The notes beneath the pieces are model-generated. The model searched no databases, was not told where the DNA came from, and worked only from the letters and a program-made list of their open reading frames with translations. A DNA stretch of 29,343 bases from an uncultured Polyangiaceae bacterium (GTDB taxonomy: Bacteria > Myxococcota_A > Polyangia > Polyangiales > Polyangiaceae): assembly GCA_938004815.1 (NCBI GenBank), contig CALKVR010000172.1, positions 1 through 29,343 on the forward strand. The letters are read 5' to 3'. Shown one piece after another: positions 12,144 through 20,199 of this stretch (its first letter is position 1; each line of letters starts with the position of its first letter). Position numbers and translations under genes: made by a program.

Positions 12144-13447
12144 TGGACGAAGTAGTCGGCGACCAAGAGGCGATCTCGCCAGATCTCGAGCACGTGGACG
12201 GCGTCGACCTCGAGCTTGTGCACCACGTGCACCTTGGGCGCCGCCGATGGGGTCTTGAGCTCGGCCTTGGTCACGGTGGCGATGAGGGTCACGACGTCGC
12301 CCTTTTGCGCGACGACATCGGGTCGCTCCGGGAGCCGTACCGCGATCGAGACCTCGCGGGTGCGCTCGCCTTTCTTGCACTCTTCGGCGTAGACCGGCTT
12401 CTTGTCCTCGATCTTCTCGATCTTGTCGGTGGCCTTGCAGACGGTGACGTCTTTTTCGGTGCGCTTTCCGTAGAGCTCGAGGACGAGCACGCCGTCCTTG
12501 GCCTCTTTCACCTGCGCGACCGTGAGCGGCGTGCCCAGCACCTCTTTGTCGACGAAGATCTGCGCGCCCTTTTCGGGCGCCTGATCTCCGTGGAGCCCGG
12601 CGATCTTGCGCTCGGCGGCGGGGAGCTTCGCTTCCAGGTCGCGCGCCTTGCGCGCCTGCTCGGTGAGCACGAGGATACGCTCGGCCGAGATCGGGGTGGC
12701 CACGAGCGCGGCAGGCACGCTCTGAGCGTCGCCCCACGCGGGGATGCCCGCGTCGATGCAGAAGAGATCGCGCTCTTCGTCGGTCGTGAAGGCGGGCCGG
12801 ATGAACGCGGCGTCCTCGGCGCGCTGGTGCTGCAGCTCGTAGAGAAAGCCGCGCCCCGACTTGGAGAACCGCTCGAACACGGCGAGCTCCATCGCGTAGC
12901 GAGGGCCGACCGGATCGGTGAACCGCCGCTTCACCTCGCGCCGGTAGGTGACGAGCCGGCCGAGGCGCGCGTACACGTTCTCGAGCTTGTCGATCTCGAC
13001 GAGCTCTCGACGGAGGCGCTCGGCCTCTTCGGCCCGCGCGAGGTCGGCGGCGTCGAAGTCGCGCCGGCAAGCGGTGAAGAAGGAGCGCATGATCGACGCG
13101 TGCGCGAGCGCCGCGAACGCGAGGTGCCGGTGCCCCGGATCGGGCGGGATGCGATCCCAGCCGGGGATCCACTCCGGGTCGGGGTTCTGCATGAAGCTGC
13201 GAGGGTTCTTGGCCCCCAGATCGGAGGGCTCGAAGCCCGCCTGCCGCATGAACGCGTCGGTGCAAGCCGCGAAGTGGACGGCGCAAGCCTGGGGCCGCGG
13301 TGCCGTCTGCCAGTCGTGGTACGTGCGCATGATCCGCACCGCGAGCTCGGCGTCCGTCGGCGGCGGCGGCAGCGCGGGTCTGGGCGTCTCGGCGGGTGCG
13401 CACGCCGCGCCGAGCGAGACGAGGACCGCGAGCCACACACCTCGCAT
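12140..13447 (-). CDS. Hypothetical lipoprotein
   Basis: Signal peptide with lipobox (LVSLGAAC), Pro-rich linker, 435 aa, tightly coupled on both sides; no family recognised. Confidence 0.8.
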   Translation of the reverse strand: MRGVWLAVLVSLGAACAPAETPRPALPPPPTDAELAVRIMRTYHDWQTAPRPQACAVHFAACTDAFMRQAGFEPSDLGAKNPRSFMQNPDPEWIPGWDRIPPDPGHRHLAFAALAHASIMRSFFTACRRDFDAADLARAEEAERLRRELVEIDKLENVYARLGRLVTYRREVKRRFTDPVGPRYAMELAVFERFSKSGRGFLYELQHQRAEDAAFIRPAFTTDEERDLFCIDAGIPAWGDAQSVPAALVATPISAERILVLTEQARKARDLEAKLPAAERKIAGLHGDQAPEKGAQIFVDKEVLGTPLTVAQVKEAKDGVLVLELYGKRTEKDVTVCKATDKIEKIEDKKPVYAEECKKGERTREVSIAVRLPERPDVVAQKGDVVTLIATVTKAELKTPSAAPKVHVVHKLEVDAVHVLEIWRDRLLVADYFVQ

Positions 13448-13449
13448 CG

Positions 13450-13899
13450 TCAGCCGTCCTCTCCGTCGAGCGGCCGCCGATGGCTCGACGAAATCCGCAC
13501 GCCGTCGCCTTTGAGGCGGTCGAGCGCGCGGCGGTCTCGCTTGGTGGGCCGGCCGCGCAGGTAGGGCGCCGAAGCGGCCGCCGCCTTGAGCGCCTCGATC
13601 TGAGCCATCCGGCGCGCCTTGCCGTCGTCCGTCTCGCGGTAGAGACGCTGAGCATCCGCGCCCTTGCCCCGCTTGTCGGAGAGCTCGACGACCTCGACTT
13701 GCCAGGTTACGCCGTCTTTCACGATTTCGATCCGCTCCCCCACCGCGACGGAGTGCCCCGCCTTCAGCCTGTCGCCGTCACCCTTCACGTGCCCGCCGTG
13801 GATCGCGTCCGAGGCTTGGCTCCGCGTCTTGTAGAAGCGGGCCGCCCACAGCCACTTGTCGAGGCGCACCCGCACCGTACCTCTCAGGACTTCATCCAC
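13450..13899 (-). CDS. hslR: Ribosome-associated heat shock protein Hsp15 (S4 domain)
   Basis: VRLDKWLWAARFYKTRSQA, LYRET and GRPTKRDRR are characteristic of HslR. Confidence 0.93.
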   Translation of the reverse strand: MDEVLRGTVRVRLDKWLWAARFYKTRSQASDAIHGGHVKGDGDRLKAGHSVAVGERIEIVKDGVTWQVEVVELSDKRGKGADAQRLYRETDDGKARRMAQIEALKAAAASAPYLRGRPTKRDRRALDRLKGDGVRISSSHRRPLDGEDG

Positions 13900-13929
13900 G
13901 CGTCTGCCTCAGTTTCGCCCCGCCCCGGC

Positions 13930-13938
13930 ATGGTAGCA
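13930..13938 (-). promoter_or_regulatory. Candidate extended -10 promoter (TGcTACCAT) for the hslR-cyclase-dab run
   Basis: Minus strand reads TG-c-TACCAT, 30 nt upstream of the hslR GTG, with GAGG in the leader. Confidence 0.45.
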
Positions 13939-13956
13939 AGCAAACGGCCTGGCCCG

Positions 13957-13962
13957 TAGAAT
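13957..13962 (+). promoter_or_regulatory. Candidate -10 box TAGAAT, 6 nt before the kinase GTG
   Basis: TAGAAT-ccgtcc-GTG; no Shine-Dalgarno. Confidence 0.55.
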
Positions 13963-13968
13963 CCGTCC

Positions 13969-15810
13969 GTGCGCTATTGCGAGCGCTGCGGCGCCGCCTT
14001 TCGCTCGACGAACGTGTGTCCAAGGGACCGGACGCCGACGCGCGCGGACATGTTCGATCCGCTCCTCGGCCGCGTGCTCGGCGACCGGTACCGCATCCTC
14101 GAACGGGTGGGCGCCGGCGCGATGGGGCAGGTCTACCGGGCAGCCCACAACCGCATCGCGTGCATCTTCGCGGTCAAGGTGCTCTACGGCGATCTCGCCT
14201 ACGACGACGAGATGCTCTCGCGCTTCTTGCGAGAGGCCGAGCTCGCGAGCTGCCTCCAGAGCCGGCACATCGTGCGCGTCACCGACTTCGGCAACGAGGG
14301 CGGCGGCCTGCCCTACATGGTCATGGAGTACCTGGACGGGCCGAGCCTGCAAGACGTCATCACCCGGCAGGGGCCCCTCCAGCCCGACCGCGCGGCGACG
14401 ATCGCGCAACGCATCGCGCGCGGCCTGGGGCTCGCCCATGAGCGCGGGGTCATCCACCGCGACCTCAAGCCCGAGAACGTGGCGCTCGTCACCGAGGACG
14501 ACGAGCCCGACGTGGTGAAGCTCCTGGACTTCGGCGTGGCGCGCATGCGCGACGGCGACCGGCTCACCGCTTACGGGGTCGTCATCGGCACGCCGCTCTA
14601 CATGTCGCCCGAGCAGGTCACGGGCCAGGAGCTCGATGCGCGGAGCGACCTCTACTCGCTCGGCGTGTGCTTGTACGAGATGCTGAGCGGCAAGGTGCCG
14701 TTCGATGGGCCGAACGTCCACGAGATCGCGCGCAAGCACGTCACCGAGCAGCCGCCGTCGCTCCGGCCCGTCCTCGACGCCGCCAAGGCTCCGCGCGCCC
14801 TCGACGACGTGGTGCAGCGCCTCCTCGCAAAGAGCCCCGCCGACCGCTACGCGACGAGCCGCGACGTGATCGACGCGATCGCCAAGGCGCTCGCCACCGG
14901 CGTGGCGCTCGTCTCCGTCCCGCCTCCCCCCTCGAGCCTCGATCGCGGCCCCGTCTCCAAGCGCACGCGCTCCGCGATCCAGCAGGCGATCATGCACGGC
15001 GCGCCGCTCTACAACAGCGGCGACCACGCCGGGTGCTACGCGCTCTACGAGCAGACCGCCGAGCAGGTGATCCAAGACGTCACCGAGCCGTGGGCGATCA
15101 AGGCTCGCCTCCAATCTGCGCTGCGCCGCGCGGCCACGCGGGCGAGCGCTACCGAGGCGGCGTGGGACATGCGGTACGGCTTCGACGATCTGCTGATGTG
15201 CGAGTGCGAGATCGACAAGGCCGACCGCCTGCGCGGAGAGCTGTCGATCTACCGAGCGATCGCGAGCCGGCGCGAAGGCGACGGCGCGTTCGACCTGGTG
15301 GGTGACTACGCCCTCGCGCTCGCACGAGAGCTCGCGGCTCACCTGCGCGTCACGCCGGGCCGCGCCGAGGTGGCCGCCACCCTCGACGCCGCCGCCGAGC
15401 AGGCGGAGGCCGCAGGCGGGGCCAGCGCGGCGCTCCCGATCCTGGGCTCGCTCCTCGCCCAGCTCGCGAGCGGCGAGGCGCTCTCGACGCCCGACACCGC
15501 GTCGCTCCGACCCTCGCTCCCGGCCGTCTCGGTGCCGCGCGCCTCGGCCGTCGGTGACGACGCCCGCGAGCGCATCATGCGCGCCATCCGGATCGGCGCC
15601 CCGGCTTACAACGAGGGTCGGCCCGAGGTCTGCGCCCGCGTCTACCGCGACGCCGCCAAAGAGCTCCTCGAGATCACGCGCAATGACGCCCGCGCCGAGG
15701 CCGTCACCCGGTACCTGGAGAAGGCGCTCCGCGACGCGGCCGGCCGCGCGCCGACCGAGGCCGCCTGGACGCTACGTCACGCGTTCGACGCCATCCTCGC
15801 GTCGGGCTGA
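13969..15810 (+). CDS. Cytoplasmic Ser/Thr protein kinase with N-terminal Zn-ribbon and repeated C-terminal helical domain
   Basis: CERC...CPRD; GAGAMG, AVK, HRDLKPEN, DFG, GTPLYMSPE; two C-terminal copies of GAPxYNxG...CxxxY...AWxxRxxFD; no transmembrane helix. Confidence 0.93.
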   Translation: MRYCERCGAAFRSTNVCPRDRTPTRADMFDPLLGRVLGDRYRILERVGAGAMGQVYRAAHNRIACIFAVKVLYGDLAYDDEMLSRFLREAELASCLQSRHIVRVTDFGNEGGGLPYMVMEYLDGPSLQDVITRQGPLQPDRAATIAQRIARGLGLAHERGVIHRDLKPENVALVTEDDEPDVVKLLDFGVARMRDGDRLTAYGVVIGTPLYMSPEQVTGQELDARSDLYSLGVCLYEMLSGKVPFDGPNVHEIARKHVTEQPPSLRPVLDAAKAPRALDDVVQRLLAKSPADRYATSRDVIDAIAKALATGVALVSVPPPPSSLDRGPVSKRTRSAIQQAIMHGAPLYNSGDHAGCYALYEQTAEQVIQDVTEPWAIKARLQSALRRAATRASATEAAWDMRYGFDDLLMCECEIDKADRLRGELSIYRAIASRREGDGAFDLVGDYALALARELAAHLRVTPGRAEVAATLDAAAEQAEAAGGASAALPILGSLLAQLASGEALSTPDTASLRPSLPAVSVPRASAVGDDARERIMRAIRIGAPAYNEGRPEVCARVYRDAAKELLEITRNDARAEAVTRYLEKALRDAAGRAPTEAAWTLRHAFDAILASG

Positions 15811-15833
15811 GCGTCGCGCTAGAGAGGCCCGCG

Positions 15834-16970
15834 ATGGAGATCGAGGTCCGAGAGCTTCGCCCGGGCGAGAACACCGACGATTTTCTGCGCGCGGCGCGCG
15901 TGGTGTTCGCGGACGACCCCGCGTGGGTGCCGCCGCTCGACTTCGAGATCAAGGGCCGGCTCAACCCGAAAAAGAACCCGCTTTTTCTCCGCGCCGACGT
16001 GACCCTGTTCTGCGCCTACAAGAGCGGAGAGCTCGTCGGGCGCTGCTCGGCGACCGTCGACCGCGAGCACCTGAAGCTCTGGAAAGACGACACCGGCTTC
16101 TTCGGCTTCGTCGACACCATCGACGACCAGGCCGTCGCCACCGCCCTCCTCGAGCGCGCCGAAAAGTGGCTGCGCGACAGGGGCATGAAGCGTGCGATCG
16201 GCCCCATGTCGCTCTACGCCAACGACGAGATCGGATGTCTCATCGAGGGCTTCGAGCACCCGCCCGTCATCATGATGGGCCACTCGCGCAAGTACCAGGC
16301 GGGCCTCATCGAGGGCGCGGGCTACACCAAAGAAAAAGACCTCTGGTGCTGGCACTACCACAAGGACACGCCGTTCAACGAGCGCACCACCAAGGCGTGG
16401 CAGGGCATCCACGCCCTGCCCGAGATCAAGCTCCGCAGCGTCGACATGAAAAACTTCGATCGCGACGTGCGGACGATCATCGACATCTACAACGACGCGT
16501 GGGCGGGAAAGTGGGGCTTCGTCCCCGCGACCGAGCCCGAGGTCGAGAAGATGGTCGACGAGCTCAAGCTCGTCCTCGACCCCGACATCGCCTTCATGGC
16601 CGAGCTCAACGGCGTGCCCGTCGGCATGTGCATCATGGTCCCCAACCTCAACGAGGCGATCCGCGATCTCGACGGCAAGCTCTTCCCCATCGGCTGGGCC
16701 AAGCTCCTCTACCGAACCAAGATCAAGGTCCCCAAGTCGACGCGCCTCATCCTCCTCGGCATCCGCGGCGAGGCGCGCAAGAACATCAAGAAGTACGGCG
16801 GGCTCGCGTCGGCGATGTACATGGAGGTCGCCAAGCGCGCCGTGCCCAAGGGCTACGAGTGGAGCGAGCTCTCGTGGACACGCGAGGACGACGCGCCCAT
16901 CAACCTCGGCATCCGCTCGATGGGGGCCAAGGTCTACAAGAAGTACCGCGTCTTCAAGAAGGACCTCTGA
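15834..16970 (+). CDS. GNAT-fold acyltransferase, YghO / bacterial ceramide synthase (bCerS)-like
   Basis: DDPAWVPPL, KNPLF, VGRCSATVD, GFFGFVDTIDD, LIEGFEHPP.IMM.H, WAGKWGFVP, ELSWTREDD; 378 aa, matching my recollection of this family. The specific function is inferred. Confidence 0.72.
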   Translation: MEIEVRELRPGENTDDFLRAARVVFADDPAWVPPLDFEIKGRLNPKKNPLFLRADVTLFCAYKSGELVGRCSATVDREHLKLWKDDTGFFGFVDTIDDQAVATALLERAEKWLRDRGMKRAIGPMSLYANDEIGCLIEGFEHPPVIMMGHSRKYQAGLIEGAGYTKEKDLWCWHYHKDTPFNERTTKAWQGIHALPEIKLRSVDMKNFDRDVRTIIDIYNDAWAGKWGFVPATEPEVEKMVDELKLVLDPDIAFMAELNGVPVGMCIMVPNLNEAIRDLDGKLFPIGWAKLLYRTKIKVPKSTRLILLGIRGEARKNIKKYGGLASAMYMEVAKRAVPKGYEWSELSWTREDDAPINLGIRSMGAKVYKKYRVFKKDL

Positions 16971-17137
16971 CGGGCCCCGAGAACCCGACGCGTCTCTCGA
17001 CCATTCGCCTCAGGTCGTTGGAATCACGCGACTATTCCCGTTCGAGAACCCGGATAGGGAAACGGTGGGCTTAAAGGTAGAAAGGTAGTCAACGGGCGCA
17101 CCCAATCGCCCCTAACCCCTACCCACGAGAGGCTCCC

Positions 17138-17749
17138 ATGAACGCAGGAACGAAGGCACTTGTTGCGGGCGCGACGGCTGGGCTGCTGTTGAGCTTCGAC
17201 TCGTTCGCGAACCTCGCCGCGCTCACCGCGATCGAGGACATCGGCATCTCGCTCCGCGCCGCGTCCGCGGCCGGCGGTCTGCTCGCGGCGGCGGTGGCGA
17301 TCGGGTTGAGCCGCCTGGAGATTCCGCTCGCGCCGTCGAAGAAGAACGGCCTCATCTTGGCCGGAGCGCTGTTCGTGCTCTCGGTGAGCGGGCTGCCGGC
17401 GATGGGGCTCTTGCTCCCCGTGATCGTCGGCTACGGTCTCGGCGTCTACTGCGCGACGCTGCTGCCCGAGGACGCCACGATGGGTCGCCGCCTCGGCGTC
17501 GCCTTCGGAACGCTCGGCGCCTTCTTCGCCGCCTCCGGCGTCACCGGGCTCGGCTTCGGCGTGGTCCTCGGCGACGCTACCGGCATCGCGGGCCGCGCCC
17601 TCATCCTCACGCTCGTCTCGCTCGTCGTCATGAACATCGTGCTCAAGGTCGCCCTCAAGCACCAGGCGCGCGCCGTCACGACGCCCCAGGCGCTGCCGCA
17701 GCAGCCCCAGGCGCAGCAGCCCCCGACGCAGTACTTCCGCGCAGCGTGA
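17138..17749 (+). CDS. Hypothetical multi-pass membrane protein with Gln/Pro-rich tail
   Basis: About 6 hydrophobic segments, GAGG RBS, host-like codon usage, tail PQALPQQPQAQQPPTQ. Confidence 0.75.
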   Translation: MNAGTKALVAGATAGLLLSFDSFANLAALTAIEDIGISLRAASAAGGLLAAAVAIGLSRLEIPLAPSKKNGLILAGALFVLSVSGLPAMGLLLPVIVGYGLGVYCATLLPEDATMGRRLGVAFGTLGAFFAASGVTGLGFGVVLGDATGIAGRALILTLVSLVVMNIVLKVALKHQARAVTTPQALPQQPQAQQPPTQYFRAA

Positions 17750-17765
17750 CCTGCCTCGCGCGCTC

Positions 17766-17839
17766 TGGCTCCGGGACGTGGATTCGAACCACGATTCGAG
17801 GATTCAAAGTCCTCTGTCCTGCCATTGAACGATCCCGGA
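17766..17839 (-). tRNA. tRNA-Gln (anticodon UUG)
   Basis: Minus strand TCCGGGATCGTTCAATGGCAGGACAGAGGACTTTGAATCCTCGAATCGTGGTTCGAATCCACGTCCCGGAGCCA: 7-bp acceptor stem, GAGGA/TCCTC anticodon stem with CTTTGAA loop, GGTTCGAATCC T-arm, encoded CCA; 74 nt. Confidence 0.97.
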
Positions 17840-17850
17840 AACTGCCGCGC

Positions 17851-17880
17851 ACCCTAGCCGGTTTCGGGCTCGAGTTCCAA
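17851..17880 (-). promoter_or_regulatory. Candidate sigma-70 promoter of tRNA-Gln
   Basis: TTGGAA-N18-TAGGGT followed by GC-rich GCGCGGC (discriminator-like), 11 nt before the mature tRNA. Confidence 0.55.
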
Positions 17881-17937
17881 GGGGCTACCGGCCACGGGAC
17901 GGGCGCGCCGCGCGCCTTCTGACCGACCGTGGCCTGG

Positions 17938-18873
17938 TCAGCGGGACGAGACGCGGCTCCGGCGCTTCTGGCCCTTCTTCGAGGGGGCGACCGGCTTCTT
18001 GGGCGGCTTCGGCGCCGGGACGATTTTGGTCATGGTGCCCTCGACGCGAGCCTGAGCTTGGGGGCCGTGCGCCAGGAGGTCGGAGGCGCGCTGCGCGGCG
18101 ACGGCGGCGCGCGCGTCGAGGCCCGCGCGGCTGACCGAGGCGGCGTCCGTCCCGACCGCAGGCGCGGTGAACGCCACCGCGACGATCGCGGCTGCGGCCG
18201 CGAGCCACATACGCGGTCGCTTCCTCGGGCGCGACGGGAGCACGGTCGCGCGCTCGGCGTCGAGCTCGATGTTCGACTCCCGCGGCGGGAGCACCACCGC
18301 CTGCGGCAGCTCGCTCGACGGTGACTCTTGATCGCGCACCTCGACGGAGGCGGCTTCGAACGCGTCTTTCATCGCGACCTGGCGCGCGGCCGCTTCGATC
18401 TGGGAAAGCTCGTCGGGCGAGAAGAACATCTCGGGCAGGCTCGGGCGGAGGCGCGGCGGCGCGTTCGCCTTCAGGTCCTCGTCGCTCTCGAGGCCGAAGC
18501 CGGGCGGCGACGTGATGTAGTTCACCGTGATGCGGGGCGCGTCGTCGTCGTCGGGCTTTACCGGCACCTCGTGGAGCGACACGCGCAGCGCGCACGCGAG
18601 CTCGGGCACCTCGATGGCGGGCGTCCAGCACTCGCGGCCGACGCGCCACACCGACACGCCGTGCGAGAGCTCGCCGGTCGAGAGCGCGCGCCACAGATCG
18701 AACGTGCTCATCGCGCGCACGTCGCTGTCACCGACATCGACGGCCCACGTCAAGCGCGGCTTGTCGAGCGGGATGCTGGGACGATCCTCGTCCACATCGC
18801 GCTTCGGCTCTCCGCTCTCGGGGACCGTCGGCAAAGAGCCGCGGCTCGCCCGGACGTTTTCGACGTCTTGCAT
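17938..18873 (-). CDS. GYF_2 (DUF4339)-like domain single-pass membrane protein
   Basis: WAVDVGDSDVRAMSTFDLWRALSTGEL..VSVWRVGRECWTPAIEVPEL resembles GYF_2; hydrophobic MWLAAAAAIVAVAF; Lys/Arg-rich tail; GGAGG RBS. Confidence 0.72.
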   Translation of the reverse strand: MQDVENVRASRGSLPTVPESGEPKRDVDEDRPSIPLDKPRLTWAVDVGDSDVRAMSTFDLWRALSTGELSHGVSVWRVGRECWTPAIEVPELACALRVSLHEVPVKPDDDDAPRITVNYITSPPGFGLESDEDLKANAPPRLRPSLPEMFFSPDELSQIEAAARQVAMKDAFEAASVEVRDQESPSSELPQAVVLPPRESNIELDAERATVLPSRPRKRPRMWLAAAAAIVAVAFTAPAVGTDAASVSRAGLDARAAVAAQRASDLLAHGPQAQARVEGTMTKIVPAPKPPKKPVAPSKKGQKRRSRVSSR

Positions 18874-19023
18874 CCAGATGCCCTCCGCTGCGTCAGTGGA
18901 CAGCAGCTACACCCGGGCTCTATCGGAGGCGCGGCGGTCGGGCCAACTCTTGGACCGCCGATCGGTGGCAGGGTGTGGCATACCGGGGGTCAGCCACGAG
19001 CAGATCTCTGCTAAAGCCGGGGT

Positions 19024-20196
19024 GTGAAGCTCGATCGCTGCTCGCTTTCCCCCCTCGCCCTCGGGCTCTCGGCGACCCTCACCCTCGCCTGCTCGGCCCC
19101 CACGCAGGAGCCCGCCGGCGTGCCGCCCCCGGGGGCGCCGGCCGATGCGCCCCCGCCCGTGGCGGTCGGCACCGGCGATCCGGCCGCATCGGCGACCCCC
19201 TCGGCCTCGGCGTCGGCCGACCCCGCGGGCAAGCCCCCCGAGGGGCCGACGTCTTGCCCCGAGGGCATGGCCCTCGTCGACGGAGAGTACTGCCCCGAGG
19301 TCGAGCACGACTGCTTGGTCGAGTGGTACGCCGAGCAGAACAAGAAGCGCGTGTGCGAGACGTTCGCCGAGACCGCCGTCTGCAAGGGGACCAAGGTCAA
19401 GAAGCGCTACTGCATCGACAAGTACGAGTGGCCCAATCAAAAGGGCGTGCGGCCCGAGGTGATGAACCGCTTCCACCAAGCCCAGGTCAAGTGCGCGGCG
19501 GTCGGCAAGCGCATGTGCACCGAGAGCGAGTGGAACATGGCCTGCGAGGGCCCCAAGATGAAGCCGTTCCCCTACGGGTGGAAACGCGATCCGCTCATCT
19601 GCAACGGCGACCACCTCTGGGACGGCCCCAACATGAAAAAGGTGGGCAAGCGCGACGCCGACGAGCTCGCGCGCCTCTGGCGCGGCATGCCGTCCGGCAC
19701 GCAAGACAAGTGCGTCAGCGACTACGGGGTCTTCGACATGCCGGCGAACGCCGACGAGGTCGTCGCCAGCGAGCAGAACCCGAACGGCCGACGCGGCGAG
19801 TTCGACAGCGTGCACACCGGCGGGCCCTGGTACAGCGGCGTGCGCAACCAGTGCCGGCCCAAGGTCTACACGCACGGTGAAGACTTCTACTACTACTTCC
19901 TCAGCTTTCGCTGCTGCGCCGAGCCCGACGGCAAGCCCACCGAGCCGCGCACGCCACGCCAGATCAAGCAGGGCTGGTCGATGGCCAAGGTCGAGAACAG
20001 CGCGCAGTTCACGGTCGAGGAGATGAAAGAGAAGCTCGCGCTCAAGGCCGACAAGAAGTGCACGTGCAAGGACACCGACATCCTCTGCAAGACGATGTGC
20101 GGGACGTTGCTCGGCCCCGGCGCCAAAGACGCGACCAAGGACACGCCCCGCGCGCGCTACGCCGGAAAGAAGACGAAGGGCAGCTTCAAGGACTGA
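19024..20196 (+). CDS. Formylglycine-generating-enzyme (SUMF1/FGE-sulfatase) fold lipoprotein
   Basis: Lipobox TLTLAC; CPEGMALV, YCIDKYEWP, GKRMCTESEW..ACEG, FPYG, CVSDYGVFDM, GGPW, SFRCC. Confidence 0.85.
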   Translation: MKLDRCSLSPLALGLSATLTLACSAPTQEPAGVPPPGAPADAPPPVAVGTGDPAASATPSASASADPAGKPPEGPTSCPEGMALVDGEYCPEVEHDCLVEWYAEQNKKRVCETFAETAVCKGTKVKKRYCIDKYEWPNQKGVRPEVMNRFHQAQVKCAAVGKRMCTESEWNMACEGPKMKPFPYGWKRDPLICNGDHLWDGPNMKKVGKRDADELARLWRGMPSGTQDKCVSDYGVFDMPANADEVVASEQNPNGRRGEFDSVHTGGPWYSGVRNQCRPKVYTHGEDFYYYFLSFRCCAEPDGKPTEPRTPRQIKQGWSMAKVENSAQFTVEEMKEKLALKADKKCTCKDTDILCKTMCGTLLGPGAKDATKDTPRARYAGKKTKGSFKD

Positions 20197-20199
20197 GGC

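Noticed and set aside
17054-17072. Cobalamin riboswitch (AGGGAA-AC-GGTG)
   Set aside because: The downstream AATCC and GCCCCCGCNACTGT elements are missing, and the adjacent gene has no B12 link.
17766-17839. tRNA-Gln as an integration site or island boundary; U1:A72 as evidence for the GatCAB route
   Set aside because: I saw no integrase and no duplicated tRNA 3' end in the window. U1:A72 also occurs in GlnRS-using bacteria, so it does not discriminate.
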